Both the position numbers and the translations under genes were made by a program. From positions 416,001-480,000 of the forward strand of contig CAWEWF010000001.1 of the NCBI GenBank assembly GCA_963812605.1: a stretch of DNA of 64,000 nucleotides. Reading direction: 5' to 3'. This document shows, in pieces, positions 47,891 to 57,935 of this stretch; position 1 is the stretch's first letter; each line of letters begins with the position of its first letter. Below the pieces are notes generated by a model. The model worked only from the letters and a program-made list of their open reading frames with translations, was not told the DNA's origin and made no database searches. The DNA is from an uncultured Verrucomicrobiae bacterium (GTDB taxonomy: Bacteria > Verrucomicrobiota > Verrucomicrobiia > Palsa-1439).

Positions 47891-49229
47891 GAGCCACTTC
47901 CCGGTTGCCGGTACTGTGCGGGCCATGGAGGATTTCGCGTCCGACCATAAACAGATAGAGCACCCCGAGCACGAAGTAGAGACCGACGAAACCAATGAGG
48001 GTGAACAACACATCGCCTCCGCTGACCACTTCGCTGGCCCCCTGCGTGGTGCGGAAAAGACCGTACACGAGCCACGGCTGGCGACCAAGTTCCGCTGTCA
48101 TCCAGCCCGCCGTGGTGGCGATGAACGGGAACGGGAACGCGAGCATCAGCAGCCAGAGCAAGGCGGGAGTTTTCTCCAGCCGTCCGCGCCAGAGTTGAAC
48201 GCAGGCGCAGGCCATCAGCGCGATGAAGATCGTGCCGAGGCCCACCATGATATGGAAGGCGTAATAGAGCAGTTCGATATTGGTCGGCCAGGTGTCTTCG
48301 GGAAATTCATCCAGGCCGCGGACGTTTGCGTGAAAACTGCCGTAGGCCAAATAGCTGAGCGCGCCGGGGAGGCGGATCGGATTGTCGAGCCGACGCTCCT
48401 TCACGTTCGGTTGGCCGATCATGTTGATCTCGGCCATGGGTCCGCTGTGGAAACGGCCTTCCATCGCGGCGAGGGCCACGGGTTGGTACTGCGCCACTTT
48501 CTTGGCGTGCCTGTCGCCGGTGGGAAACGCCACGAGCAGGGACGACAGCAGGCCGACGATGGCGCCGGTCCTGAGAAAGAGCGAGGCTTGTTCCGGATGC
48601 CGGCCGCGCAGGGCGTAGAGCGCGCCGACGGCAGCCACCACGAACGATCCAGTCACGACGGCGGCGGTTTGGTTGTGGAGGAAGACGATCAGCGCCCAGG
48701 GGTTGAGCAGATACGCCTGGAGATCCGCAAGCCGCAAGGTGCCGTCCGCCGCCAGCGCATAGCCGACGGGATGCTGCATGAAGGCATTCGTCACGAGGAT
48801 GAAATATCCGGAAAGCCAACTGCCGATGGCGACGCCCAGAACGGCGAGAAAATGATTGCGCGGGCCCAGCCGTTTCTCGCCCCAGACCATGGCCCCGACC
48901 ATCGCGCTCTCGAGGAAGAACGCGAACATCCCTTCCATGGCGAGCGTTTGGCCGATGACGTTGCCGGAGTAGCGGGAGAAATTCGCCCAGTTGGTGCCGA
49001 ACTGGAATTCCATCGGGATGCCCGTGACCACGCCGACGGTGAAATTGATGCCGAAGATGCGCGCCCAGAACCGCACGGCGTTTCCGTAGCGCTCGTCGCC
49101 GGTGCGGAGATGGCGCCACTTCCAGTAGACGAGGATCCACGCCAGGCCCATCGTGAGTTGCGGAAAAAGATAATGATAGGTGATGGTGAAGGCGAACTGC
49201 AGTCGATGCCAAAGCAGGGCGTCGTCCAT
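47883..49229 (-). CDS. cydA: Cytochrome bd ubiquinol oxidase subunit I
   Basis: RLQFAFTITYHYLF, EFQFGTNW, AFFLES, QPVALAAMEG, ELGRQPW. Confidence 0.96.
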   Translation of the reverse strand: MDDALLWHRLQFAFTITYHYLFPQLTMGLAWILVYWKWRHLRTGDERYGNAVRFWARIFGINFTVGVVTGIPMEFQFGTNWANFSRYSGNVIGQTLAMEGMFAFFLESAMVGAMVWGEKRLGPRNHFLAVLGVAIGSWLSGYFILVTNAFMQHPVGYALAADGTLRLADLQAYLLNPWALIVFLHNQTAAVVTGSFVVAAVGALYALRGRHPEQASLFLRTGAIVGLLSSLLVAFPTGDRHAKKVAQYQPVALAAMEGRFHSGPMAEINMIGQPNVKERRLDNPIRLPGALSYLAYGSFHANVRGLDEFPEDTWPTNIELLYYAFHIMVGLGTIFIALMACACVQLWRGRLEKTPALLWLLMLAFPFPFIATTAGWMTAELGRQPWLVYGLFRTTQGASEVVSGGDVLFTLIGFVGLYFVLGVLYLFMVGREILHGPHSTGNREVAHD

Positions 49230-49532
49230 AAATATCTCGCCCTACCACAGCGGCGAGGACAAGTGATGAAACATGACGGTCAGCGCAAGTGGAAGGCGCG
49301 ACCGGATCGACAGGCTCATGTCGACGATGCTAATCCCCCGCGCGGGGTGAATGCCAGAAGTTCTTGCCGCTCCCGGCGGGAAATGCAATCTCGACGCGGG
49401 GTTTGGTGGTGGATTGATTTGGGCGCGTAAGCGTCGCCGCTCGCGCGATTTATCGGTGGGGGCATGTACGTGTGGCGAGACGCTGGTTATTGATTCGTTC
49501 CAGCCGTGGAACTGATGTGACTTCCCGGTCGA

Positions 49533-50531
49533 CTACACGTTACCGGGATAAACGTAATGCTCCGGCAGCGTGAAACGCTCGCCGTGCATGAGTCCTGAAA
49601 CGCGAACATCACGCCCCAACAAACTCTCGATCTGCGCGACTTGCTTTTCGACGAACTCGAAAGACAGGAACTCGCAACGCGGTAACAACTGCTGAAATGA
49701 CGGACGAATCAGTTGGTTAAACAGCTTTTGCCGACGGGCGCTGCTAGTCACTACATATAGATCAATCTGGTTATATGGCTGCGAAACGACCAAGTCATTC
49801 ATCCTGAGCAATCCGCTGTAGATCGTGGTTGACGATTCGACCTCAAACGCTTTGCGGACGACGTTTTTGTTAAGCCATAGCACGTCAATGTTCTGCACAA
49901 TGCGTCGTGTATTGTCGTCAAACCCAAAATTTGGCAGTCTCGGCACAGTGTAATCAACCAAAGACTCGTTCCGGTATAAACGATTGCGATCATTCGCCGG
50001 CACCCAAACGGAGCAGCCTTCTGCGTGCCCTAGTTTGGCCAAAGCTAACTGCATCTTCAGATGAACGCGTTCAGTCTGTTGGGGTTCACTCACCGTCTCT
50101 TCCGGCACCGGTTCGATTGGCCCCGGCTTTGGGAAGGCGTTCAAATATTTCGTGACGTCAAGTCTCGAATGATTCGCGGTTTTCAGGAAGAACTCACCAT
50201 CCCTCAAGTAAACATCCACCCGACGTGTGGGAACATCCTGTAGCACTTGGAAAATCAATTGGCGCGGCAAAACCAGCACCTTGTTGGCAGAACCGCAGAC
50301 AAGCAGAACGAAATCGCCATGCAAAGTTTTTGGGTAGGCGAAAGTCTCTTTAATCACCTCGCGCGGTATCGCGTAAAAGAACCGATTTCCTTTAAGCAAC
50401 TTTGAATAGTTTGTCGAGCAGGTCAGGGAGTTGCCGAATTTCAGGAGGCGAGCACGACCAACCCGGTCTTGCTTACCGTACCGGCTCTCCAACGTGCCGA
50501 GCACCTCATTTATGACGGCAGGCTCGTTCAT
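49533..50531 (-). CDS. Putative PD-(D/E)XK-fold restriction-endonuclease-like protein
   Basis: GCSVWVPANDR, IDVLW...AFEVESSTTIYSGLLRMNDL; lower-GC island. Confidence 0.65.
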   Translation of the reverse strand: MNEPAVINEVLGTLESRYGKQDRVGRARLLKFGNSLTCSTNYSKLLKGNRFFYAIPREVIKETFAYPKTLHGDFVLLVCGSANKVLVLPRQLIFQVLQDVPTRRVDVYLRDGEFFLKTANHSRLDVTKYLNAFPKPGPIEPVPEETVSEPQQTERVHLKMQLALAKLGHAEGCSVWVPANDRNRLYRNESLVDYTVPRLPNFGFDDNTRRIVQNIDVLWLNKNVVRKAFEVESSTTIYSGLLRMNDLVVSQPYNQIDLYVVTSSARRQKLFNQLIRPSFQQLLPRCEFLSFEFVEKQVAQIESLLGRDVRVSGLMHGERFTLPEHYVYPGNV

Positions 50532-50839
50532 CAGCCCAACACCGCTGACGGTTCCACGGATTCTTCGACGATCTGCATTGCGGCATTAATGGCGGCCTGT
50601 TCGCGTCTGAATTTCCTCGTGTTCTTGATGTTGAACTCCAGTGGGTAATTGCCTTCCACAACGCTGGCCGTCGCTCCGCCAAAACCGTCTGCCTCGACGA
50701 CAACCAACTCCTCGCAACCGTCATCAAGTAATGCTTGGTAAAGCACAGCGTTGGGCGCGTTGATTTTCAGCTTGTCCCGCATGCGGTCGAGTCGCGATTG
50801 AAGCTGCTTCAGCCTGACGACACTATTGTTTGTTTTCAT
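50531..50839 (-). CDS. Hypothetical protein coupled to the nuclease-like gene
   Basis: 102-aa ORF whose stop overlaps the next ATG by 1 nt. Confidence 0.6.
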   Translation of the reverse strand: MKTNNSVVRLKQLQSRLDRMRDKLKINAPNAVLYQALLDDGCEELVVVEADGFGGATASVVEGNYPLEFNIKNTRKFRREQAAINAAMQIVEESVEPSAVLG

Positions 50840-50887
50840 GGCTTTACGGCATCCTACAACATCTAGCGTGTTTTTGACTAGTAATCA

Positions 50888-51271
50888 GTGGCTAAGAGTT
50901 CATGTGCATATTTCGCAGCAGCGACCGGTAAGCGAACACTAAGTCGCGTTGTGCTCTCGGAGGTTTTTGCTCTCTACGACCTTAAACCGGGAAAAGACCG
51001 GTTCAATCTGGTGACGAGCAGGAAAATCTCCGCCACGATGGATCAATTGTTTAGCGCTTTTCGAAACAACCCCAACATACCCTCCGTCGATACGTTCCTC
51101 GCCGGCTTGAAAGGGAAGATCGAATCGGAATCCCAAATTTCGCTTCACCTTGACCGGCAATCTAGGACAGGCGCAGTGGACGTGAGGCCGCCGACAGCAT
51201 CCGGAAGAGTGCGGGAATCGGAGGCTGACGAAACTGATACGGGCCTGTTCGACCAAGATACGTCAGCCTGA
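50888..51271 (+). pseudogene. Probable C-terminal remnant or hypothetical ORF
   Basis: Lower-GC ORF with a weak GTG start and an acidic tail. Confidence 0.35.
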
Positions 51272-51289
51272 TCGGGTTTCGCTGTGTGG

Positions 51290-51835
51290 CATCTCCTCCT
51301 TCGCTAGTGCAACGGAGGACAAGCCCGTCCGACTATCGTAAATTGATAATTCTGCTGGACGCGGTGTGATCGGAGGGGTATGATCGGCGCGTGGATAATG
51401 AATTGGAGCGGAGTGATGGCGTGCGGGAGGCGAGCAGGACGGGTAAAGCTGCGACGAGTCGCAGCACTCCAAAGAGGAACGTTGATCCGAAAATAGAAGG
51501 ACACGGGCGGGAGCCTACTTCGCGAGGACGCTACGAAGGCCTGGCTGCCCGCGCCATTGCGCCGACGGCACGTATTCGGCGCGTCTCGTCGGACTCGGCT
51601 ACCGGCGAGGGGGAGGGGGTTGAAAATATGTGTTTCTGCGAAACGAACCCGATTTCTACGACGGGAGAAACAGGGGTTAAGTGGTTGTGGTGCAATCTGA
51701 TGTGTTATAGAATCGAGAACATTACAATCGGGTTCGTTTTTCTCGTTTTGAAGGTTGGACGCGGTTTTAGCGCGGCTTATTCGCGAAGCGCAGAACACCC
51801 TCACCTCAATCCTCTCCCCCAAGGGGAGAGGAGGT
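51290..51835. repeat. Cluster of different REP/MITE-like palindromes
   Basis: CCTCCTTCGCTAGTGCAACGGAGG; GCTGCGACGAGTCGCAGCACTCCAAA; 14-bp IR at 51641-51654 and 51727-51740; CCTCTCCCC-AA-GGGGAGAGG. Confidence 0.65.
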
Positions 51836-51944
51836 TTACGCCGGAGGCGGCGGAGCGTTTTGACGAAGTCGATTGCCACCCGGGTAGCACGAGAGGTAGT
51901 GTGGGCGCTTATATGTTGGGTGCTTCCATCACCGGAGGAGAAAC

Positions 51945-53720
51945 ATGAAACTGCAGACATTGATAAAACTCGGCGTGGGATTATTGGCGGTCGTGGGGGC
52001 GTTGTTTCTTATGCTGGGGATTGTGGTTGCGGTGTGTGCACTCGGGGCGAAGCGGCCGGTTCCTTCAAAGGTGATCCTTGAAGCTGATTTTGAGAAGGGC
52101 CTGGTCGAGTACGTCCCCGACGATCCGGTGGCGAAGGTCGTGTCAGGCAAGGCGCCGACGGTCCTGGGCGTGGTCGAAGCGCTGGAGCGGGCGACGACGG
52201 ACGATCGCGTGGTCGGCTTGATCGCGCGCGTGGGCGAAGCGGGATTGTCAGCCGCGCAGATCCAGGAAATTCGCGACGCCATCATCGCGTTTCGCGCCAA
52301 GGGCAAACCGGCCATCGCCTATGCGGAGACTTTCGGCGAGGGCGGCAAAGGGAACGGCTCGTATTACCTCGCGACGGCGTTTGACGAGATTTGCCTGCAG
52401 CCGTCGGGCGACATCGGCCTGGCGGGATTGATGGCGGAGACCCCGTTTATCCGCGGGACGCTCGACAAACTCGGTTTCATTCCCCGCATGGACCATCGAT
52501 CCGAGTACAAGAATGCGATGAACGAGCTGACCGAGACGAAGTACACGGCGGCGCATCGCGAGGCGACGACGAAGTTGATCGAGTCGATATTTGGCCAGAT
52601 CGTCAAGGGCATCGCGGAGCGGCGCAAGATGTCTGAAAACGAAGTGCGGGCACTGATCGATCGCGGGCCATTCCTCGGCGAGGAAGCCTTGCAGGCAAAA
52701 CTCGTGGACAAACTTGCGTACCGCGATGACGCGTACGCGGAGATCAAGAAGAAGGCGGGCGAAGACGCGAAGTTTCTTTATCTTTCAAAATACGGCGAGC
52801 GCGCGAGCAGCCTGTACGACAAGGGGACGACGGTGGCCCTTATTTACGGGGTGGGCGGGGTGCTGCGTGGCAAGAGCGGTTACGATCCAGTTTTCCGGGA
52901 AGTGACGATGGGCGCGGACACGGTCGCGGCGGCGTTCCGCGCGGCGGTGGACGACAAGAAGGTGAAGGCGATTCTGTTTCGCATCGACAGCCCCGGCGGT
53001 TCGTATGTCGCTTCCGACACGATCTGGCGGGAGACGGTGCGCGCGCGGAAAGCCGGCAAGCCGGTGATCGTGTCGATGAGTTCGGTGGCGGGATCGGGCG
53101 GTTATTTCGTCGCGATGTCCGCGGACAAGATCGTGGCGGAGCCGGCGACGTTGACGGGTTCCATCGGCGTGTTTGCGGGGAAGATGTTGAGCACGAATTT
53201 CTGGGACAAGCTGGGCGTGTCGTGGGACGAAGTGCACACGAGTTCGAACGCCATGGTGTTCACGGGCCTGCAAGATTACACGCCCGAGCAATGGGCGCGG
53301 TTTGAGACATGGCTCGACTGCGTTTACGAGGATTTCACGACCAAGGTGGCGGAGGGCCGCAAGTTGCCGAAGGAGAAAGTGCTCGAAATCGCCAAGGGCC
53401 GTGTCTGGACGGGGGAAGACGCCAAGGCGCTCGGCTTGGTGGATGAACTCGGTGGGTTCCTGGTTGCGGTTCGTCTCGTGCGCGAAGCCGCGGGATTGCC
53501 GGTAGACGCGAAGATCCACCTGAAAGAATTTCCGTTGAAGAAGTCGCCGCTGGAAACGCTTCTCGGCGGAGGCCCCGACAACAGCCAGAAAGCCGGCGAG
53601 GCGACGCTGGCGCGCGCACTCGAAGTCATCCAGCCGTTGGCGCGTGTCGCCCGCGAGCTGGGGCTTGGCACCGCCGATTCCGATACCCTGCGGATGCCAG
53701 ATCCAGGTATGGAACCGTAA
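51945..53720 (+). CDS. sppA: Signal peptide peptidase (protease IV), long form
   Basis: YYLATAFD, EYKNA, RIDSPGGS, SGGY, TLTGSIGV, GRVWTG...GLVDELGG. Confidence 0.93.
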   Translation: MKLQTLIKLGVGLLAVVGALFLMLGIVVAVCALGAKRPVPSKVILEADFEKGLVEYVPDDPVAKVVSGKAPTVLGVVEALERATTDDRVVGLIARVGEAGLSAAQIQEIRDAIIAFRAKGKPAIAYAETFGEGGKGNGSYYLATAFDEICLQPSGDIGLAGLMAETPFIRGTLDKLGFIPRMDHRSEYKNAMNELTETKYTAAHREATTKLIESIFGQIVKGIAERRKMSENEVRALIDRGPFLGEEALQAKLVDKLAYRDDAYAEIKKKAGEDAKFLYLSKYGERASSLYDKGTTVALIYGVGGVLRGKSGYDPVFREVTMGADTVAAAFRAAVDDKKVKAILFRIDSPGGSYVASDTIWRETVRARKAGKPVIVSMSSVAGSGGYFVAMSADKIVAEPATLTGSIGVFAGKMLSTNFWDKLGVSWDEVHTSSNAMVFTGLQDYTPEQWARFETWLDCVYEDFTTKVAEGRKLPKEKVLEIAKGRVWTGEDAKALGLVDELGGFLVAVRLVREAAGLPVDAKIHLKEFPLKKSPLETLLGGGPDNSQKAGEATLARALEVIQPLARVARELGLGTADSDTLRMPDPGMEP

Positions 53721-53756
53721 CCGCAAATTCCGGCTCACGTGTACGGCTGCCGGATT

Positions 53757-56480
53757 TTAGAAATGCCCGACGACGCGATAGAATCGTTTGGTCTGACCGG
53801 CGATTGTTTTGTCGGTGACCGAAAGAGTGCCGCCGGTGCCGGGAAGGCCATTGGTCAGGACCGACCAGGTGCCGGTCTTCATGTCGCTGCGATAATCGAC
53901 TTCGTAAAGTTCGCTCGTCGTCGTGTTCGGCACGGTGGTGAAATTGATCACCGCGTTGTTGTTGGTCAATTTGAAGGAGGTAATGGCGGGCGTAAGCGCC
54001 TGGAAGACCCCTTGGGGCAGCATCGCAATCTCGCTGGGGCCCAGGACACGGTTGAAGAGCATGACATCGTCAATGACCCCATTGAACAACCCGATCTGGC
54101 TGGCGGCATTGGTGTTCATGATCATGTTTCCGCCCCAGTTGACGCTTCCCAGATAGACGCCGTTTGCATAGGCCATGATGGTGGATTTGTCGTAGACGAT
54201 CGCCACCTGGTACCAGTTGCCATTTTGGATGAGGCCACCGCCGAAGAATGCGTCCTTCCAACCGGCGGTGGTTTGTCCTTGCAGGTACAAGCCGTTGCTA
54301 TCGACGAGGAACCGGAAGCCACTCGCTAGGTAGTAGGATCGGATGGAGATAAAGGTGCCCGATCCCGCGGCGTTGCGCGGATAGAGCGACGCGACCACGG
54401 TAAAATTATTGGTGAAGTTGAGCGCGCTACTGGGCAGTATCACATCCGCAACCGTGCCGTCAAAACTCAGGGCGGAACCATTTTCTCCCGGAACCCATCC
54501 GTAAGGCGGGACGAAGCCTGTCAGCGTTCCATTGGCATGGCCGGCGGTGTCGGCGGCGTTCGTTCCCGTACCCTCGTCGAACTTCCAGTAATCAGCCAGG
54601 CCATCGAACAGATTTCCGACAACGTTGATCGTTATGGAAACCGGGACGCTCGTCGCCGGACCGTCGGTGGCCGTGAAGGTGACGGTGTAAGTTCCCACCT
54701 GGCTGTTGGAGGGTGTCCAGGAAAAGATGCCCGTGGTGGAATTGAACGATGCGCCGGCAGGCAGCGACGAAGCCGAGTAAGTCAACGGATAGTGATTGGA
54801 ATCTGTCGCCGAGACGGTGAACTGCAGCAAGTTTCCTTTCTGAACGGATTGGCTGCTGATGGGAGAGAATATGGGCGGAATATTCAGGTTCGGCGGCAAG
54901 GCGGCCAGGACACTGGCCAGGAGTCCGGAAGCGGTCAGGCTGCTCGACTGGAAGAGCACGGGCGTTTCCGTCAAGGCAGTTACCGAGGTGTTACTCCCGA
55001 AGATATCCGTCGCTGCGAGCGTGTTGTTGAGCAACGACACCGTTTGTCCTTCTACAGCCCAGGCGAGAACGAGGGAAGTGTTGTTGGTCCGCTGCCAGGC
55101 ATACAAGTACGCAATTTGTCCCGGGGTGCGATAGTCAACCAAGGTCGCGCCGTTCAACCAATAGCCCGTCATCAAGAAGGCCGACGTCTTGGGGTGTGGC
55201 CCGCGCATGCCGACATCCCAGCCATACAATTCGAAGTTCTGATCCGCCAGGTTCTCGCCGAGGGGCAGGACATGGGGAATGATGCAGTTGACACCCGACG
55301 CGTGGTACATCGCGGTAGTCTTGATGGCGCGGCACATCCCGCGATGCCAATCCAACGTGGTGGCAAATTCCAAGTCGATGTTGGTGCCGGTGTCAGTCCC
55401 CAGCGCGCTACGGCCAAAGAGGCCCAGTTCATCGACGTAAAGCGAGCTGAGGTTGGCAAACCTCCCAAAGGTCCAGACCAGATTGTCGTGGGTAATGGAG
55501 CGGACCCAGTTCGTGGCAAGATAGTCCACGTCGGGGGCGAAGGTGCCCCGGCCGTAATCATGCCACGACCAACCGTCGAACGTTGCCAAGGGATTGGTCG
55601 CCATCGACAAAGACTCCAACTGGAGCGGGCTCGACCAGGCGGGACCGATCACTTGAGGAGTGGGGTCGATGGCCCGGATCGCCTGCTGGGCTTGCGAGAA
55701 GAGCTGCAGGTAGAAAGTGACGAAACTGTCGAGGTTGGTCGTGTTGGGGAATTTATCGACGAATGGTTCGTTCCAGATCTCAATCGCCGCGAGCTTGCCC
55801 TTGTACCGCGTTGCCAGGGCCTGCACGTACGCGGTATGCTGCGAAATGATTTCATTGGGGCCGACCCACGAAGGAACGAAATCGCCGGAGACCGCAATGA
55901 TCTTGGAGTTGGTATTGGCGGCCACGGACAGGTCCGTGGAACTCCAATCCCACATATTTCGGTTCGTTTCCACGAGCGCCCAGACGCTTTGGATGACGCG
56001 CACCCAGGCTGTGCCCATTGACGCCATCCTTTGCGCACCGGCGGAGTCATCCGAATTCGCGCATTCGGATCCCAGGAAGGAAGAGCCCGTGTAATCATTG
56101 GGCAGGACAGCGAACTGGTTGCGGTCGCCGTTACATTCGACGAAATAATGCCCGAGAGGGAGATGCAACGTCGTGGGAGGGCCGAGGTACACGACCGTGT
56201 CATTCTCGGTCACCACCCGGATGGAAGAATTATTCGTGGTGCTAATCGTAATGGCGTCGGAGAGACGGAATAACCCCCAGCGGGTGCTCGGCGTTATGGA
56301 GATGATGATGTTGTTGGTGGCATACTGATCGAAGGGATAAATGAAGAGATTGGATACTGCCTGGGCATCCGCGGTTGCTGCGCGGAACCACGCGGCGACC
56401 GCCAAAACCATCAGCACTACAGGGAAACATCCCGCCCGGATCCGGAGCGGCTGCAAGAACAATCGGATTTTTAACGTCAT
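53757..56480 (-). CDS. Secreted GH39/GH5-like glycoside hydrolase with Ig and LamG domains
   Basis: Signal peptide; EIWNEP, WSWHDY, YVDELG; SLPAGASF...FSWTP Ig domain; YWKFDEG...IDDVMLFNRVL LamG; C-terminal RFYRV; probable ATG at 56480. Confidence 0.82.
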   Translation of the reverse strand: MTLKIRLFLQPLRIRAGCFPVVLMVLAVAAWFRAATADAQAVSNLFIYPFDQYATNNIIISITPSTRWGLFRLSDAITISTTNNSSIRVVTENDTVVYLGPPTTLHLPLGHYFVECNGDRNQFAVLPNDYTGSSFLGSECANSDDSAGAQRMASMGTAWVRVIQSVWALVETNRNMWDWSSTDLSVAANTNSKIIAVSGDFVPSWVGPNEIISQHTAYVQALATRYKGKLAAIEIWNEPFVDKFPNTTNLDSFVTFYLQLFSQAQQAIRAIDPTPQVIGPAWSSPLQLESLSMATNPLATFDGWSWHDYGRGTFAPDVDYLATNWVRSITHDNLVWTFGRFANLSSLYVDELGLFGRSALGTDTGTNIDLEFATTLDWHRGMCRAIKTTAMYHASGVNCIIPHVLPLGENLADQNFELYGWDVGMRGPHPKTSAFLMTGYWLNGATLVDYRTPGQIAYLYAWQRTNNTSLVLAWAVEGQTVSLLNNTLAATDIFGSNTSVTALTETPVLFQSSSLTASGLLASVLAALPPNLNIPPIFSPISSQSVQKGNLLQFTVSATDSNHYPLTYSASSLPAGASFNSTTGIFSWTPSNSQVGTYTVTFTATDGPATSVPVSITINVVGNLFDGLADYWKFDEGTGTNAADTAGHANGTLTGFVPPYGWVPGENGSALSFDGTVADVILPSSALNFTNNFTVVASLYPRNAAGSGTFISIRSYYLASGFRFLVDSNGLYLQGQTTAGWKDAFFGGGLIQNGNWYQVAIVYDKSTIMAYANGVYLGSVNWGGNMIMNTNAASQIGLFNGVIDDVMLFNRVLGPSEIAMLPQGVFQALTPAITSFKLTNNNAVINFTTVPNTTTSELYEVDYRSDMKTGTWSVLTNGLPGTGGTLSVTDKTIAGQTKRFYRVVGHF

Positions 56481-56834
56481 CTCATACTGGCATGCGCACG
56501 TAGTTTTCTTTTGTGCGACGGGTACACTTACGGAATACAGGCAATGACCCACTGGCCAGCAGGAATTGACCTGTCAGTCATTCGGAAGACAACTGACTCT
56601 CGCGTGAACTTCTTAAGCTAGAATCTCCGTCCTTTTACAGCCTTACTACCCCCCCTCCTGAAGCGATCCCCATCGCCTCATCTCCATGCCAGTTTACACG
56701 CTCCACGGAGCGCGTCAATCATTCTTATTCTAAAACGCCTGCGGCGTTCGATCGCCTTCGCGCTACCCGCTCGTGACCGTGCGCGCAAATCGCGCTCGAC
56801 CCGCAACGCGGTTTCAAATACCTTGTCAGCGATA

Positions 56835-56879
56835 GTTTTGCTCCCGTAGCTCAGATGGATAGAGCGTCGGTTTCCTAAA
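56835..56879 (+). repeat. att site: 45-bp direct repeat containing the tRNA-Arg(CCT) 5' half
   Basis: GTTTTGCTCCCGTAGCTCAGATGGATAGAGCGTCGGTTTCCTAAA, identical to 61352-61396. Confidence 0.92.
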
Positions 56880-57575
56880 TCTCATCCTCGCTTTTGGTAA
56901 TTCCTGCCAAAACCCATGCAAACCCCTATAAAACAAGGCAATCGCGTTGGTTTCAACGCACACTAAATAGCAGTTCGCTTTTGCCAAAATCGCGTAAAAT
57001 AGCAGTCTTTTGTTTGCAGATGTTTGCAAAATTCCCTGCTTCGGTTCGTGCCCGCAGTATTACTAATCTTGACCGTACACCTTCCAGCTTGCCGTGGACG
57101 CACAACACCCGCCCGCCTCATTCCAACTGCCTAAAAACCCTCTGATTGACCCCTCATTGCAATTGGCGTGCTTCCGGTGGATTGCTGTCTCGGCCCCTTC
57201 TGACCGCTGATTCAACCCCCTCTTGTTCATCACTCCCGCTGTAGAATTGCAGCATGGACACGTTTATCGCCACGGAAATGACCCGCTATGGCGGTAGGTG
57301 AGGCCACAGACGCTAACAATGTCCGGGTGGTTAACTCGTGAGCGAATGGGTAGAGGCGTAATGACGAGCGCCCGAATGCCTTGAAAATCGCTACAAGTAA
57401 TAGAGGAACACGACTATGAACGAAAAACAGCCAGTCGAGCGCGGGTCAGTGGAAGTACATGATTCTGAATGGAATAGACGAAATGGGTGATTCCGGGCTG
57501 CTTGTAAGGGTATGCGTTCCCGCCACTTCACCGCCTGTATGTAATAAGGAAATTTCGCCATCGCCCTACTGATAG

Positions 57576-57767
57576 GTGCAAATGAAGAAGACTCAACAGC
57601 GTGTTAAAAAGGATTCGCGGCTCTTGTTTGGCGAGGCCATGTTGATGGTTCTCGCTGTGAGTGCGCTGTACGTGATTCTTTCAGGCCACTACGCCGCTGA
57701 CGCTCAAAAATGGGCCTACGGTGTGCTCGGCTCTGTTCTAACCGCCTCCATACGATTTCTCAAATAG
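57576..57767 (+). CDS. Small 2-TM hypothetical protein
   Basis: Two hydrophobic segments separated by SGHYAADAQKWAYG. Confidence 0.45.
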   Translation: MQMKKTQQRVKKDSRLLFGEAMLMVLAVSALYVILSGHYAADAQKWAYGVLGSVLTASIRFLK

Positions 57768-57935
57768 TGGTAGGGGAGCATTTTGAAAGGAAAACTCGAA
57801 TGAAAACACATATCACTTTAACGCTGCTGATAGTCCTGCTTCTCGTGTTGCTGGCTTTTGCACGGACGGTCTTGATGATGCCGATGCACTAGTCCAAACT
57901 GGTTGGCGGATTCAGGGACAGGAGCGCGAGTCACG

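Noticed and set aside
47700-49430. 576-aa plus-strand ORF
   Set aside because: Antisense to the well-supported cydA/cydB.
51304-51960. ORFs on both strands upstream of sppA
   Set aside because: They run through the cluster of palindromic repeats and have no protein-like features.
56840-56879. A second functional tRNA-Arg(CCT)
   Set aside because: The sequence stops just after the anticodon loop; it is the att duplicate.
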